From Euryarchaeota archaeon UBA126 (GTDB lineage Archaea > Thermoplasmatota > Poseidoniia > Poseidoniales > Thalassarchaeaceae), in NCBI GenBank assembly GCA_002497025.1, contig DAMG01000079.1:55443-97737 (forward strand): 42,295 nucleotides of DNA, written 5' to 3'. The notes beneath the pieces were generated by a model, which ran no database searches, was not told where the DNA came from, and saw nothing but the letters and a program-made list of their open reading frames with translations. The translations under genes and the position numbers were made by a program. This document shows positions 42,221 to 42,295 of this stretch, one piece after another. Position 1 is the first letter of the stretch. Each line of letters opens with the position of its first letter.

Positions 42221-42295
42221 ACAAAATAATGTGTTATAGTGGGTATGTAGAAATCAAAAATGCTACAACCCGACTGGGGGATGGCTCGGCTCGAG

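Noticed and set aside
42040-42230. RNase P RNA or SRP (7S) RNA
   Set aside because: The near-universal CR-I GAGGAAAGUCC and CR-V ACAGAANCCGGCUUA are absent on both strands. The SRP helix-8 motif (GNAR tetraloop flanked by AGG/AGCA) is also absent. Only short CR-IV-like and GGAA strings are present, and the segment is too short for type A RNase P.
42270-42295. The last 20 nt (GGGGGAUGGCUCGGCUCGAG) as the 5' start of a fluoride (crcB) riboswitch or a tRNA
   Set aside because: GGNGAUGG matches the crcB motif start, but the closing strand and the pseudoknot partner would lie beyond the window. As a tRNA it lacks U8, A14 and a proper D-arm. It cannot be evaluated from this window.
1-42295. Prophage, integrative element, transposon or CRISPR content
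   Set aside because: No integrase, transposase, capsid, terminase or Cas-like motifs were seen in any frame. No terminal inverted repeats or repeat-spacer arrays were seen. Gene content is chromosomal housekeeping plus surface proteins.

Overview
This is a compact segment (over 90% coding, roughly 40-55% GC) that reads as archaeal chromosome. The archaeal markers are uS15/S13e, RNase P protein Rpp21, type II GAPDH, archaeosine synthase ArcS, archaeal-type GluRS and PheRS-beta. These sit beside bacterial-type DnaJ, TrhO, Adk, Pcp and MutT. Together with many giant calcium-binding surface proteins, this suggests a marine planktonic euryarchaeote (Marine Group II/Poseidoniales-like). That placement is an inference from gene content, not a search result.

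I call about 31 CDS. Six very large exported proteins take up 44% of the window and are interleaved with housekeeping genes. They include a 1917-aa TSP3-repeat/beta-propeller protein and a 1596-aa membrane-anchored subtilase. I recognise no rRNA, tRNA, CRISPR array, transposase or integrase.

The observations most worth a second look are:
- A recurring upstream DNA module (CCCCTC-GTGTACG-GC triloop hairpin-GAGKTAA) lies in front of two surface-protein genes. Hairpin-less relatives lie in front of a wHTH-STAND-TPR gene and a Pcp-Nudix gene, which suggests a STAND-controlled surface regulon.
- A zinc-ribbon protein carries five [TN]LPFG[IL]E repeats.
- Three other unusual architectures appear: membrane-anchored zinc-ribbon proteins, one with a K/A-rich tail; a pyroglutamyl-peptidase-Nudix fusion; and a WW-like C-terminal tail.
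- A GC-rich, helix-dense non-coding-looking stretch lies at the 3' edge.

All domain calls come from motifs read directly in the translations. No database search or RNA folding program was run.
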